64,000 nt of DNA, taken from positions 9,256 to 73,255 of the forward strand of contig JBKJKX010000047.1 in NCBI GenBank assembly GCA_046597285.1. The letters run 5' to 3'. The stretch comes from Algoriphagus sp. GTDB taxonomy: Bacteria > Bacteroidota > Bacteroidia > Cytophagales > Cyclobacteriaceae. The position numbers and the translations under genes are program-made. Below the pieces are notes generated by a model, which did no database searches, was not told the DNA's origin, and saw only the letters and a list, made by a program, of their open reading frames with translations. Positions 1-9,959 of the stretch are shown here, piece after piece; positions within the stretch are counted from its first letter, which is position 1; each line of letters starts with the position of its first letter.

Positions 1-925
1 TTTTGATAAAGTCCAATCTCCGGTATAACTCGTCTACTATTTCGATACTGTTTGAGCCAGGGAGAGGAACCAAAACGACAGCTAACATCGGGACTCCATT
101 TCGCTTTAATACCGTTTTCTCATTCAAAGCAGAAAGCTCTGCTTTTCCTATATCTTGAAAACGGACAATGTTATTTTGATCCTCTTTAATAATCAGATCA
201 TTGAATTCTTGAGGTGAACCCAACCGGCTTTTGGTTCGAACTGATAGTTCAATATTCTGACCTTCGATTCTTCCGGAAGGGAGCTCTATGTTCTCGCTTT
301 GAACTTTACTCAGTACATCAAGGGGAGTGATCCCATAGGAAGCCATTTTGAGCGGATCCATTCTCAATCGGATGGCATACTCTTTTTCACCCCAAATTTG
401 AACTCTGCTTACTCCTGGAATCGTCTGAAGTCTTTCTTTAAAAATATTATTAGCAATATCTGAAATCTCTAAGAGGCTTCGCGACTCGCTGCTGACATTT
501 AAATAAAATATAGGTTGGGAATCCGCATCTGACTTTGCTACAACAGGTGGCTCTGCATCTGGAGGAAGATTTCGCTGGGCTCCGGCTACTTTATCTCGTA
601 CGTCGTTTGCAGCGGCTTCCAAATCTCCTCCTACTTCAAATTCCACTGTGATATTACTTCGTCCGTCGGCACTTACTGAGGTCATGGATTTGATTCCCTG
701 AATACCATTTATTTGCTCTTCAAGCGGCTCTGTAATCTGGGCTTCAATTACATCAGCATTGGCGCCGACATAGCTTGTGCTTACGCTTATCACAGGTGGA
801 TCCACACTTGGGAATTCGCGGATACCTAAAAGAGAAATACCAATAGCCCCGAATAATAAAATCACCAGGGACATCACGATGGCCAATACCGGCCGATTAA
901 TACTGATCTCTGAAAGACTTGCCAT
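1..925 (-). CDS. RND efflux permease subunit (AcrB/AcrD/AcrF family), 5' part; continues beyond the window start
   Basis: Not in the ORF track because it is truncated. The reverse complement from ATG at 925 reads MASLSEISINRPVLAIVMSLVILLFGAIGISLLGIREFPSVDPPVISVSTSYVGANADVIEAQITEPLEEQINGIQGIKSMTSVS, a typical AcrB-family N-terminus. It starts 1 bp after the adaptor stop codon. Confidence 0.93.
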   Translation of the reverse strand, partial: MASLSEISINRPVLAIVMSLVILLFGAIGISLLGIREFPSVDPPVISVSTSYVGANADVIEAQITEPLEEQINGIQGIKSMTSVSADGRSNITVEFEVGGDLEAAANDVRDKVAGAQRNLPPDAEPPVVAKSDADSQPIFYLNVSSESRSLLEISDIANNIFKERLQTIPGVSRVQIWGEKEYAIRLRMDPLKMASYGITPLDVLSKVQSENIELPSGRIEGQNIELSVRTKSRLGSPQEFNDLIIKEDQNNIVRFQDIGKAELSALNEKTVLKRNGVPMLAVVLVPLPGSNSIEIVDELYRRLDFIK

Positions 926-926
926 C

Positions 927-2006
927 TTAATTGATTTGAGTAGACTTGACCGGCATTCCCTGCCTTGCTTGCATTACACCTGTGGTGAGAACCAGATCAC
1001 CTTCATTCAAGCCTTTCAAAACTTGAACATGAGTGTCTGTACGAGTGCCAATTTCAATAATTCTTTCTTCAGCTTTTCCTTCTGCATTTACAACAAAAAC
1101 TTTGTATCCAGTCAACTCGGGAATAACAGCTTCAGCGGGTACCATCAATGCGCTTTCAAGAGTCGAAAGCACAAATCGAATTCTTGCAAACATTCCCGGC
1201 AAAAATCGGCCCTCTCGGTTTGAGCTTTGAGCTCTCAATTTTAAGGTTCGGGTAGCTGGATCTATTTGAGGTTCAAAAGCAAAAACCTTTCCTTCTACCT
1301 CCTGATTAGAAGATTCATTCGTGAAGAATACAGACGCGCCAACTTTAGCATCACTGGCATATCTTTCTGGAATTGAAAACTCAATTTTGATCGGATCAAT
1401 ATTTACGAAAGACGCAATCACATCGTTTGTTCCGATCACACTTCCTTCGCTTATCATTCTCAAACCAAGCGTTCCATTGAATGGAGCTCTAATTACTGTT
1501 TTGGATAGCTGTGCTTCTACGAGTTTCAAATCAGAAAGAGTGGTGTTGAATTGATTCAGTACAATATCATATTCCTCTTGGCTAATCGCTTCTCTTGCCA
1601 AAAGTTGCTTTTGTCTATTTTCCTGGCTTTCAAAAAGCTTCTGGGTGAATTGAAGTTTTTGATACTGTGCCTGCAATTGGTCGTCATTCAAATAAACAAG
1701 TGGAGTTCCTTTTGAAACGTACTGACCTTCTTTGAAGGCAATCCTATCTACCAATCCAGAAATTTCCGACCTCAAATCAACGGATTCGTTCGGCAAAATA
1801 GTACCTGTTACTTGAAGCTGATTGGTAAGGGTTTCCAACTTTAACTTAACCACATTTACCTGCAAATCTTGGGAGGCGCCAGCAGGACCACCGGCTACAG
1901 GACTTGGCTCAGGAGCATTCCGGGTATTCAACCTGGGATAAAAAAAGGCTACCGCAATGATTAGAATGATGCCGACGATCACAATGATCTTAGTCTGTTT
2001 TTTCAT
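927..2006 (-). CDS. RND efflux periplasmic adaptor subunit (membrane fusion protein)
   Basis: N-terminal membrane anchor, lipoyl/barrel-sandwich motif (SEISGLVDRIAFKEGQYVSKG), coiled-coil hairpin, IRAPFNG, and a C-terminal GLNEGDLVLTTG motif. Confidence 0.95.
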   Translation of the reverse strand: MKKQTKIIVIVGIILIIAVAFFYPRLNTRNAPEPSPVAGGPAGASQDLQVNVVKLKLETLTNQLQVTGTILPNESVDLRSEISGLVDRIAFKEGQYVSKGTPLVYLNDDQLQAQYQKLQFTQKLFESQENRQKQLLAREAISQEEYDIVLNQFNTTLSDLKLVEAQLSKTVIRAPFNGTLGLRMISEGSVIGTNDVIASFVNIDPIKIEFSIPERYASDAKVGASVFFTNESSNQEVEGKVFAFEPQIDPATRTLKLRAQSSNREGRFLPGMFARIRFVLSTLESALMVPAEAVIPELTGYKVFVVNAEGKAEERIIEIGTRTDTHVQVLKGLNEGDLVLTTGVMQARQGMPVKSTQIN

Positions 2007-2027
2007 AAAGAAAATAAAATACTCGGT

Positions 2028-2810
2028 TTAGGTTTGACTTTGGATAAAAGCTAGGGAGAGCTCGTTGAACTGTCGTGGCTGTTCTACATTGACTACATGC
2101 CCACATTTATCCAATATTTTTAGAATTGAACTAGTATGATTTTTAACTATTTTCTTTACCGGCTCCAAAAACATCACATCCTGATCACCCATCACATACA
2201 AAGTCGGAATTCCCAAATCAGATTCTTTAAAATACTTCAGTAGAGGATTAATATTTTTTGTCAATTTGAACCATCGGATAAACTCCTTTTGGCAAAGTTT
2301 CTGAGCCTCTCTGATAAACAAGTTTCTTGATTCGGCATGTTGCTTTCTTGGCATGATTACAAAAGCAAACAAACTGTAAAGCCACATATATGGAATGATT
2401 CTTTTAAAAGCATTCCCAAGAAAAACCAGAACTCTTGATTGGGTAGTCAATCGAGTAACAGCACCTGCCATCACAAGTGATTTTACTCTTTCCGGCTTCA
2501 ATTCGGCTAATTGCCTCACTAGAATTGTCCCTAAAGAAACACCCATAAAATGTGCAGGGGGCAATTTGATATGATCAAGGACCTCGATGATATCCTCAGT
2601 GACTGCTCGGATTGTATATTCTTCGTTGTAAATGGCCTTTGGAAGTTCGGCAGATTTCCCATGACCCCTTAAATCAATCAGCAATAAATTATAGTGTTCT
2701 CTGAAATCCTTCAATTGCTTAAACCAAACAGCAGAAGAACCTCCAGCACCATGGATGAAGACAACCCATTCCTTACTTACAGAGTGAACGAATTCTTTAT
2801 AATACAGCAT
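2028..2810 (-). CDS. alpha/beta fold hydrolase (MenH-like fold)
   Basis: FIHGAGGS oxyanion motif, DLRGHGKS, nucleophile elbow GVSLG, C-terminal catalytic His in CGHVVN. Confidence 0.88.
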   Translation of the reverse strand: MLYYKEFVHSVSKEWVVFIHGAGGSSAVWFKQLKDFREHYNLLLIDLRGHGKSAELPKAIYNEEYTIRAVTEDIIEVLDHIKLPPAHFMGVSLGTILVRQLAELKPERVKSLVMAGAVTRLTTQSRVLVFLGNAFKRIIPYMWLYSLFAFVIMPRKQHAESRNLFIREAQKLCQKEFIRWFKLTKNINPLLKYFKESDLGIPTLYVMGDQDVMFLEPVKKIVKNHTSSILKILDKCGHVVNVEQPRQFNELSLAFIQSQT

Positions 2811-3022
2811 GGAGGTTAGACTCTAAGCCCGGTAAAAAGTTTACTGGAGTGTAAAACTAACTGAGATTACTCAGTATTAGAGGATAAAACTTACTGGAGG
2901 CAAATCTTTGCCATTAATGGAGAAAAAATGGGATATCGTATTGAGCTGTCAATGGGTTGCCTTAATCTAGCATCCTGATGTCATTTTTATTGAAAGAAGA
3001 ACAAGAAATTCGGGGATTCTCT

Positions 3023-3393
3023 TTACAATTTCCAGCCGACTGTGGTTTGGAAAATATAATCTGTTTGGGAAGCTCCTTCTGTTGGTTGATTGTCAAAATT
3101 GAATGAAGAGCCTATTTTGAAATACAGGTAAAATTTGAATTCCTATCGATGTCAAACTTGAAATTGGGGCGAACACGCTTTCTCTCTGTAAAACTTGGAT
3201 ATACGACTGTTGTCGTAACTGAATCCAAATATCCGATATCGGAAATAGTGAATTGGGCACCTAAAAATACTTCTCCTGATAGTGTAGAAGATCCTTCATT
3301 TTGAAACTTTTCATTGTTAAGCCTACTATGGTTTGTGTTTCTTATGGCTAAATTTTGCCGGCAGCTTACTTCAGGTTTAATATCAGATCTAAC
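3023..3393 (-). pseudogene. Degenerate, frameshifted C-terminal remnant of a DUF481-like outer-membrane beta-barrel gene
   Basis: Minus frame A (3393 to TAG at 3112) reads ...NNEKFQNEGSSTLSGEVFLGAQFTISDIGYLDSVTTTVVYPSFTERKRVRPNFKFDID... A shifted frame continues YLYFKIGSSFNFDNQPTEGASQTDYIFQTTVGWKL* (stop 3023-3025). There is no start codon and an in-frame stop lies upstream. Family recognised from memory. Confidence 0.5.
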
Positions 3394-3481
3394 TTACAAT
3401 AACACCTTTCCTATTGGCTGGCGAATATATGACCCGTTAACAGACTTACACCACCTAGTGAATTACCAAGCACAGCACACC

Positions 3482-3511
3482 AAAAAAAAGCACCCTGTTT
3501 AGGGTGCTTTT
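3482..3511. terminator. Rho-independent terminator after the TonB-dependent receptor
   Basis: 11-bp stem AAAAGCACCCT/AGGGTGCTTTT with a GTTT loop and A/T tracts on both sides, 25 bp past the stop at 3536. Confidence 0.85.
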
Positions 3512-3535
3512 AAAATTTTTTATACTTCTAATCGA

Positions 3536-6500
3536 TTAATTGAATATGTATCTCAGGCCAAACTGCATTCTCCATACATCTGATACACCTGCTGTAGGTC
3601 TATAAGTTTCAGAAATAAGATCAGCACCAAAGTTTCTCAATCTGTACTGAGAAACTCCCTGTGCATTGGCAGGACCCCCTTGACTACTTGAAGGAACTAC
3701 CAATGGCTGAGTGGTATTGAATGTTTTGCCTAGACCCCAATCTGGGTTGAGCAAGTTGCCTACGTTTAATATATCCACTCGGAATTCCAGTGTATTTCTC
3801 TTTCCATTGATATTAGTGAACAATTGCTGAGCAAAAGAGAAGTCAGCTCGGCTTACCATAGGCATGATTACTGCACCTCTTTCGGCATATTGTCCTCTGT
3901 TTTCTTTGAGGTAGTCATCCTGCTCGATATATGCTTCCCAAGCAGTTGCCTGCTGCTGAGCCGTGAAAATCACAGGCTGTCCAGAAACAGTCACAGTGTA
4001 TTGTTGGAAGTTCATTTCGCTAGGATTGGCGTGGATGTAGATTAAGTCATTTGAAGTTCCACCGTCACCATTCATATCACCACCGAACACATAACTGGCG
4101 TTACCGATAGTTCTAGTTTCCCAGAATAGCGATACAGAGGTATTACCAAACTTGAAAAGATCTTTGTTATAACTAACGACAGCAAATACTCTATGGCCTA
4201 GATTATTAGAAGATATGCCAAGTCCTGGGTTATTTGGATCTCTTGATATTTGATTACCGAACCACGAACCTGAAGCAATTGATCCCGCATCTACTGTATT
4301 CTTGGATTCACCATAGCTGTAAGCAGTTTTAACATACAGGCCATTTCCAAAAGGTTTTTCCAAAGAAATGGAAGCAACCCAAGAATTGCCTATGGCTTGA
4401 TTGGACAACACTATCGCATTCGGGATATTGCTTGCGATTCTGTTCCTTGTATATCTTGGCCTATCATCAGGACCAGTAAACAAGGCTTGGTGAACAGGTA
4501 AATTACCATTGTAATAAGCAATACCGTTGACATCAGAGCTGTAAATGAATTCACCTGTCGCAACAACTCCACCAGGCAGTAGCTGATCTATACCAATATT
4601 AGATCTCCAAACCTGTGGAAATTTGAAAGTTGGTTCAGACAATGCTAGTTCATAAGATGCTGCAGGAGCTCCTGTTACTTCAGTAGGTTTATAGGCATTT
4701 GGATCTGGATTAAACGGTCTTAAAACAGAATTGTCAAATTGAGCAAAACCTGTCAAAATTCCATTGTTCCCAACTTGATTGGAAATCCAAACATAAGCAG
4801 GTCTTCCTGTAAAAATTCCTGTTCCACCTCTTACTTGAGTTTTCTGATTATCAAACACATCCCAGTTGAATCCTACTCTTGGTGACCAAAGGATATTAGC
4901 TTCGGGAAGTTGGTCAGTTTTGAAATTCACAAACGCACTTTCAGAATTTCTGAAAAACAGTTTTTCCACATCTTCATTTCTAAGGGCTGTTTGGCCAAAG
5001 AAAGGCACATCTAATCTTAGACCGAAAGTAGTTTTTAAGTTTTTTCGGATTTGGATTTCATCCTGGGCATAAAAGCCTACATAATCAACCTCTAAAGGCT
5101 GAACAGGTTTTTCTGATCCAGGGATGTTATTCCATCTCACTTGAAATCTTCTCAGATTAACATTAGAAGGAACGGAATTTCCGTTTGCCAAAAAGTTGTT
5201 TGCATCTTTATAGAAATCATTCAAAGAATTATATACATAAGCAGACTGCGAACCTGGGAAAAACACGTTTTCGGATTCATATCTCTCATAGCTGAAACCG
5301 GCAGTGATGGTGTGCTTTCCAGCAAATATTTGAAGGTTATCTTGAATCTGGAAAGTTTTGTATCTCAATTCATTGTTAGGAGTAAATGGCTCAAATCCAA
5401 AAGAGGTGTACGTCGCACCTTCTTGTAAAATATCAACCATAGGGAAGAAATCTCCTCTTGATCCACGGCTTTCGTCTTGATATGTATAACCCACGATTAA
5501 GCTATTGGTCATATTTTCTCTTAGCCTTGAGTTCAATTCAGCCACGATAGATCGAATGTTTTCCCCAATACTGTAGTTTGAATTTTGGAAGTTCAGCGCC
5601 TCTGGTCTGCCATTTCTGTTACCAAAGCCCAAAGAAGAGGAATTTGACATCAATACATCGGTAGATGAATTAAGGTGATTGTATCTAACACTCAGCTTAT
5701 TCTTATCGTTGATGTTGTAATCAAGCTTTACAAGAAACTTAGTTCCTAAGGTCTCATTATCATAATTTTCGTAAGGACCGGTTGCATAATTAAATTTATC
5801 CTTTAAAAACCCACTAAGCTGATCTAGGTCGGAAGCCAAAACTCGAGTAACGTTACCTTCAATGGGCTCACCTCGATTGGCGGTCCAAGTAGTTCCGGGT
5901 CTAGCTTCAGTCTCATCTTCGAAGGAAGCGAAGAAGAACAATTTATCCTTAATGATCGGGCCTCCTAAACGGAATCCAATTTGACTATAGGTAAAGTCAC
6001 CTGGATTAAATGTGTTATCACCAGCTTCTGTACCCACGTTGTTGTTATTTCTAAAAAAATAATAAGCAGAACCGGAGAATTCATTTGTGCCGCTTTTGGT
6101 AACAGTATTCACACCTGCACCTGTAAAGTTTCCTTGTCTTACATCATAAGGAGCTACGTTTACAGAAATTTGCTCAATCGCGTCAAGAGAAATTGGCGAT
6201 ACACCTGTTCTTCCTCCTGGATTGCTTCCGCTTCCCAAACCAAAAGAGTTATTGAAATAAGAACCATCAACTGTAATGTTGTTCAACCTTGAATCCTGCC
6301 CTGCAAAAGATTGCCCGTTTGACTGAGGAGTCAATCTGGTAAAGTCATTTATGCTTCGGGAAATAGTTGGTAGTGTACTAAGAGCCTTACTATCGATAGC
6401 TGTGCTGGCACCCGTTCTGTCATTTGAAAAAACGTTGCTTGGAGTGGAAGTCACCACTACTTCAGAAAGCTCCTGCCCGTCTTCATACATGACCAAATTT

Positions 6501-6823
6501 ACATTGGCGAAAACCCCCAAAGAAAGTACTATGCCCTCCACATCCTGAGTAGCATAACCTATAAATGATGCTGATAATCTGTATGGACCACCTACTCTCA
6601 TTCCTGGGATTGAGAAGTTACCATCAAGATTAGAAACTGCACCATAGCGAGTACCGGATGGCAAGTGAGTTGCCACTACATTTGCACCTGGAAGAGCCTG
6701 ACCATTTGCCTCGGTCACCTTGCCGGACATACCGGCTGTTGTAACTCCCTGTGCCAATACAAGACCTGTGCTTAGCACTAAGAAAATAACTGCCAACAAG
6801 TTTTTCAGTAAATTTTGCCTCAT
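3536..6823 (-). CDS. TonB-dependent receptor, Oar-like, with an N-terminal carboxypeptidase-regulatory-like domain
   Basis: Signal peptide from MRQNLL (ATG at 6823; the ORF track extends to 6886), GKVTEANGQALPGANV, plug motif GNFTGAGVNTVTKSGTNEF, C-terminal FGLRYIFN. Confidence 0.92.
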   Translation of the reverse strand: MRQNLLKNLLAVIFLVLSTGLVLAQGVTTAGMSGKVTEANGQALPGANVVATHLPSGTRYGAVSNLDGNFSIPGMRVGGPYRLSASFIGYATQDVEGIVLSLGVFANVNLVMYEDGQELSEVVVTSTPSNVFSNDRTGASTAIDSKALSTLPTISRSINDFTRLTPQSNGQSFAGQDSRLNNITVDGSYFNNSFGLGSGSNPGGRTGVSPISLDAIEQISVNVAPYDVRQGNFTGAGVNTVTKSGTNEFSGSAYYFFRNNNNVGTEAGDNTFNPGDFTYSQIGFRLGGPIIKDKLFFFASFEDETEARPGTTWTANRGEPIEGNVTRVLASDLDQLSGFLKDKFNYATGPYENYDNETLGTKFLVKLDYNINDKNKLSVRYNHLNSSTDVLMSNSSSLGFGNRNGRPEALNFQNSNYSIGENIRSIVAELNSRLRENMTNSLIVGYTYQDESRGSRGDFFPMVDILQEGATYTSFGFEPFTPNNELRYKTFQIQDNLQIFAGKHTITAGFSYERYESENVFFPGSQSAYVYNSLNDFYKDANNFLANGNSVPSNVNLRRFQVRWNNIPGSEKPVQPLEVDYVGFYAQDEIQIRKNLKTTFGLRLDVPFFGQTALRNEDVEKLFFRNSESAFVNFKTDQLPEANILWSPRVGFNWDVFDNQKTQVRGGTGIFTGRPAYVWISNQVGNNGILTGFAQFDNSVLRPFNPDPNAYKPTEVTGAPAASYELALSEPTFKFPQVWRSNIGIDQLLPGGVVATGEFIYSSDVNGIAYYNGNLPVHQALFTGPDDRPRYTRNRIASNIPNAIVLSNQAIGNSWVASISLEKPFGNGLYVKTAYSYGESKNTVDAGSIASGSWFGNQISRDPNNPGLGISSNNLGHRVFAVVSYNKDLFKFGNTSVSLFWETRTIGNASYVFGGDMNGDGGTSNDLIYIHANPSEMNFQQYTVTVSGQPVIFTAQQQATAWEAYIEQDDYLKENRGQYAERGAVIMPMVSRADFSFAQQLFTNINGKRNTLEFRVDILNVGNLLNPDWGLGKTFNTTQPLVVPSSSQGGPANAQGVSQYRLRNFGADLISETYRPTAGVSDVWRMQFGLRYIFN

Positions 6824-6867
6824 AGTTTTTTGTTTAAGATATAAGTTGGTTTTTAATAGATTCATCG

Positions 6868-6875
6868 CAAAGGTA
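6868..6875 (-). promoter_or_regulatory. Bacteroidota housekeeping promoter -7 element (TACCTTTG)
   Basis: Exact TAnnTTTG match 45 bp upstream of the receptor ATG. No clear -33 TTTG at canonical spacing. Confidence 0.55.
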
Positions 6876-6938
6876 ATCTTGGGCAAATGGATGTAGGGGT
6901 AGTTTCCGTTAAATTTTCACGGGCAAATTTCACAATTT

Positions 6939-6956
6939 TTAACAATTTGTTAACAT
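6939..6956 (-). promoter_or_regulatory. Candidate transcription-factor site ATGTTAACAAATTGTTAA (TGTTA-N6-TGTTA, 11-bp period)
   Basis: 17/18 identical to 37239-37256, in the same orientation relative to the downstream gene. Confidence 0.45.
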
Positions 6957-7171
6957 CTTGAAGAAAATAATATTTTCATTTTATCTTGAAAAACAAGGGA
7001 TTGTTAAAGGTGTTGCTAGAAATTATGGTGCTTTTCGAAATAAAACTAATGTGATAACCGCTTTCCTTGTCAAATTGTTAATTGGCACAAAAGCAAAATC
7101 TACATTAGGTACTGAGTCCAATTACAGTCATTAGATCTATATTTATAATCAACTTCCAAATATTCTACGCA

Positions 7172-7861
7172 TTGAGAAATCGGAATTTACTTTGGCTTTA
7201 CTTGTTTTTAGTGGGTACACTGGTGGATATTACCTTCCTTCTAGAGCGGAAAAATGAATGGAGATTTTTTTCTAAACCTATGATTTTGTTGGGTTTAATC
7301 TTGTATTTCTACCAGATTACAAAACCAATATCGAATACTTTGCTCGCCAAAGCTCTACTCAGTGGACTGATTTTTTCTTGGATTGGTGATGTCTTACTGA
7401 TGTGGCCCGATTTATTTGCCTACGGACTTGGTTCCTTCTTGTTGGCACACGTCTGCTACATTATTGGATTCAAAGTCGCTCAAAAAGCCCCAGAAAATTT
7501 GGGGAGCATCAATTTTCTAAAACAATTCTTCTATAACCTTCCGATATACATTTCAGCCGCAATTGTCTTTTACTTGGTCAACCCAAACTTGGGAGTTCTA
7601 AAAATTCCGGTAATTCTTTACATTTTAGTCATCGTCAGCATGCTCAGCACAGCTAGAGACCGATTTGGTAAATGTAACCCTTCCTCATTTTGGCAAGTAT
7701 TCATTGGAGCTTGCCTATTTTTCATTTCTGACGGATTTATTGCAATCAGCAAATTTTATCAGGCTTTTCCCGAATCGGGTATCCTGATCATGGGAACTTA
7801 TGCAATAGGCCAATTGCTGATCGTGATGGGAATACGATCCCACATCATCCAACCTCAATAA
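7172..7861 (+). CDS. Lysoplasmalogenase / YhhN family membrane protein
   Basis: Multi-TM protein with SKPMI, FSWIGDVLLM, FLLAHVCYI and GACLFFISDGFIA motifs. Confidence 0.88.
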   Translation: MRNRNLLWLYLFLVGTLVDITFLLERKNEWRFFSKPMILLGLILYFYQITKPISNTLLAKALLSGLIFSWIGDVLLMWPDLFAYGLGSFLLAHVCYIIGFKVAQKAPENLGSINFLKQFFYNLPIYISAAIVFYLVNPNLGVLKIPVILYILVIVSMLSTARDRFGKCNPSSFWQVFIGACLFFISDGFIAISKFYQAFPESGILIMGTYAIGQLLIVMGIRSHIIQPQ

Positions 7862-7883
7862 AAAAAGGGCCTGAGCCCCATTT

Positions 7884-9638
7884 TTATTTCTTTAAACTTA
7901 CCCTGATGGATAATTCCTGAAGCTGATCCTCTGAGATCGTACTTGGAGAATCTATCATGACGTCTCTTCCAGAATTATTTTTTGGGAAGGCTATATAATC
8001 CCTAATGGAATCCGAGCCTCCGAAAATGGCGCAAAGCCGATCAAATCCAAAAGCAATCCCTCCGTGTGGTGGCGCTCCATATTCAAAAGCCTCCATTAAG
8101 AATCCGAACTGCTTTTGTGCCTCTTCGTCAGAAAACCCAAGATGTGTAAACATCAATTGCTGCGTAGGGCGATCGTGGATTCGAATCGAACCGCCTCCAA
8201 TTTCGACTCCATTGATGACTAGGTCATAAGCGTTCGCGCGTACTTCTCCCGGATCAGTTTCCAATAAAGGAATGTCCTCGCTCTTTGGAGAAGTGAATGG
8301 ATGGTGCATTGCATGAAATCGCTTCGTTTCTTCATCCCATTCCAAAAGTGGAAAATCAACAACCCAAAGCGGCTTGAAAACAGTTCTGTCTCTCAGCCCA
8401 AGGTCTTCGCCCATTTTAAGTCTCAGCTCAGACATCTGTTTTCTCACAGACTTGGCATCTCCGCTCAACACCAAAATCAAATCTCCAGGCTTGGCTTCAA
8501 AAGCATTTGCCCAAGCTTGAAGATCTTCTGAGGAATAGAACTTATCAACTGAAGACTTCAAGGATCCGTCGATATTGTATTTCAAATACACCATGCCTTT
8601 TGCTCCGATTTGCGGACGCTTCACCCAATCAGTCAGCTCATCAAGTTGCTTTCTAGTGTATTCAGACGCCCCTTTGGCACAGATTCCCAAAACAAGTTCG
8701 GCCTGATCAAAAATTGAAAACCCATTTCCCTGAACCAGTTCGATCAGTTCAACAAACTTCATGTCAAAGCGAAGATCTGGTTTATCATTCCCGTAAAACT
8801 TCATGGAATCAGCATAAGTCATTCGCCTCACTTCTTCCAATTCTACTCCTTTCACTTCTCTGAAAAGATGTCTTGTTAGGCCTTCAAACGTATTCAGAAT
8901 ATCCTCTTGAGTCACAAAGGCCATTTCACAGTCAATCTGTGTAAACTCAGGCTGACGATCTGCTCTGAGATCTTCGTCTCGAAAGCATTTTACAATCTGG
9001 AAATACCGGTCAAAACCACTGACCATCAGCAATTGCTTGAAGGTCTGAGGGGACTGAGGCAAAGCATAAAATTCTCCCGGATTCACTCTGCTTGGAACTA
9101 CGAAATCACGCGCTCCTTCAGGAGTTGATTTAATAAGAACTGGAGTTTCAACCTCGATAAATGCCTGTGTATCCATGTATTTCCGAGTCTCTTGCATCAT
9201 TTTATGACGAAGCTGAAGTTTTTCACGGACTACATTCCTTCTCAAATCAAGGTATCGGTATTTCATTCGGAGCTCATCGCCGCCGTCTGTTTCGTCTTCA
9301 ATAATAAAGGGAGGTACTTTGGCAGAATTGAGAACCTCAAGTGATTTCACTTTTATCTCAATTTCGCCAGTCGCAAGCTTATCATTTTTGGAAGTACGCT
9401 CGATGACTGTTCCGCTTGCCTGAACAACAAATTCACGACCTAATTGACCTGCCTTTTCTAAAAGTGACTTGTCGGAAGAGCCTTCTTCAAAAATCAATTG
9501 TGTCAATCCATAGCGGTCCCTCAGATCTACCCAGATCAGTCCACCTTTATTTCTTACTCGCTGTACCCAGCCTGCAAGTGTGACTTCTTGATTTTGATGA
9601 TTTAGGCGCAGTTCGCCGCATGTGTGCGTTCTCAGCAT
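7884..9638 (-). CDS. aspS: Aspartate--tRNA ligase
   Basis: [11 protein letters not shown] start, OB-fold anticodon domain, motif 2 [26 protein letters not shown] domain, motif 3 [12 protein letters not shown]. Confidence 0.99.
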   Translation of the reverse strand: MLRTHTCGELRLNHQNQEVTLAGWVQRVRNKGGLIWVDLRDRYGLTQLIFEEGSSDKSLLEKAGQLGREFVVQASGTVIERTSKNDKLATGEIEIKVKSLEVLNSAKVPPFIIEDETDGGDELRMKYRYLDLRRNVVREKLQLRHKMMQETRKYMDTQAFIEVETPVLIKSTPEGARDFVVPSRVNPGEFYALPQSPQTFKQLLMVSGFDRYFQIVKCFRDEDLRADRQPEFTQIDCEMAFVTQEDILNTFEGLTRHLFREVKGVELEEVRRMTYADSMKFYGNDKPDLRFDMKFVELIELVQGNGFSIFDQAELVLGICAKGASEYTRKQLDELTDWVKRPQIGAKGMVYLKYNIDGSLKSSVDKFYSSEDLQAWANAFEAKPGDLILVLSGDAKSVRKQMSELRLKMGEDLGLRDRTVFKPLWVVDFPLLEWDEETKRFHAMHHPFTSPKSEDIPLLETDPGEVRANAYDLVINGVEIGGGSIRIHDRPTQQLMFTHLGFSDEEAQKQFGFLMEAFEYGAPPHGGIAFGFDRLCAIFGGSDSIRDYIAFPKNNSGRDVMIDSPSTISEDQLQELSIRVSLKK

Positions 9639-9959
9639 GATTTAATTCTTTTTTGGGAGGTTAAAGATAAAGAAATGAAAATCACCACGCACGAATGATT
9701 GGGTGAACAGCCTCCTTTTTGATTATTTCTTTGAAGAAATTTAGCTTCAGAGCCTGTTTTATTGAAAAGAGTGTAACAAAATGAGGTCTTAATAGAAATG
9801 ATTAAAATTAAAAATTGAATATTAAATCCTAAGTTTTCTTCGTTGGCATTATAGTTGGTGACTCGTATCAGGAAGGTTTCTTCCTCAAAACTAGGAAAAA
9901 AGCCCCTTTTTCCGTTTTTTGATACAAAATTCTATTTCCCCCATATAGATTAGATAGTA

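Noticed and set aside
777-1223. 148-aa plus-strand ORF
   Set aside because: Antisense shadow of the RND adaptor and permease genes, with no recognisable motifs
2832-2899. TTACTGGAG repeated 50 bp apart plus a CTGAG/CTCAG mini-palindrome upstream of the hydrolase
   Set aside because: Only two short copies, compatible with chance; not a CRISPR or iteron array
9639-9959. Possible T-box or riboswitch upstream of aspS
   Set aside because: No T-box or antiterminator motif is recognisable, and a -7-like TATCTTTA lies only about 25 bp from the ATG, leaving no room for a leader
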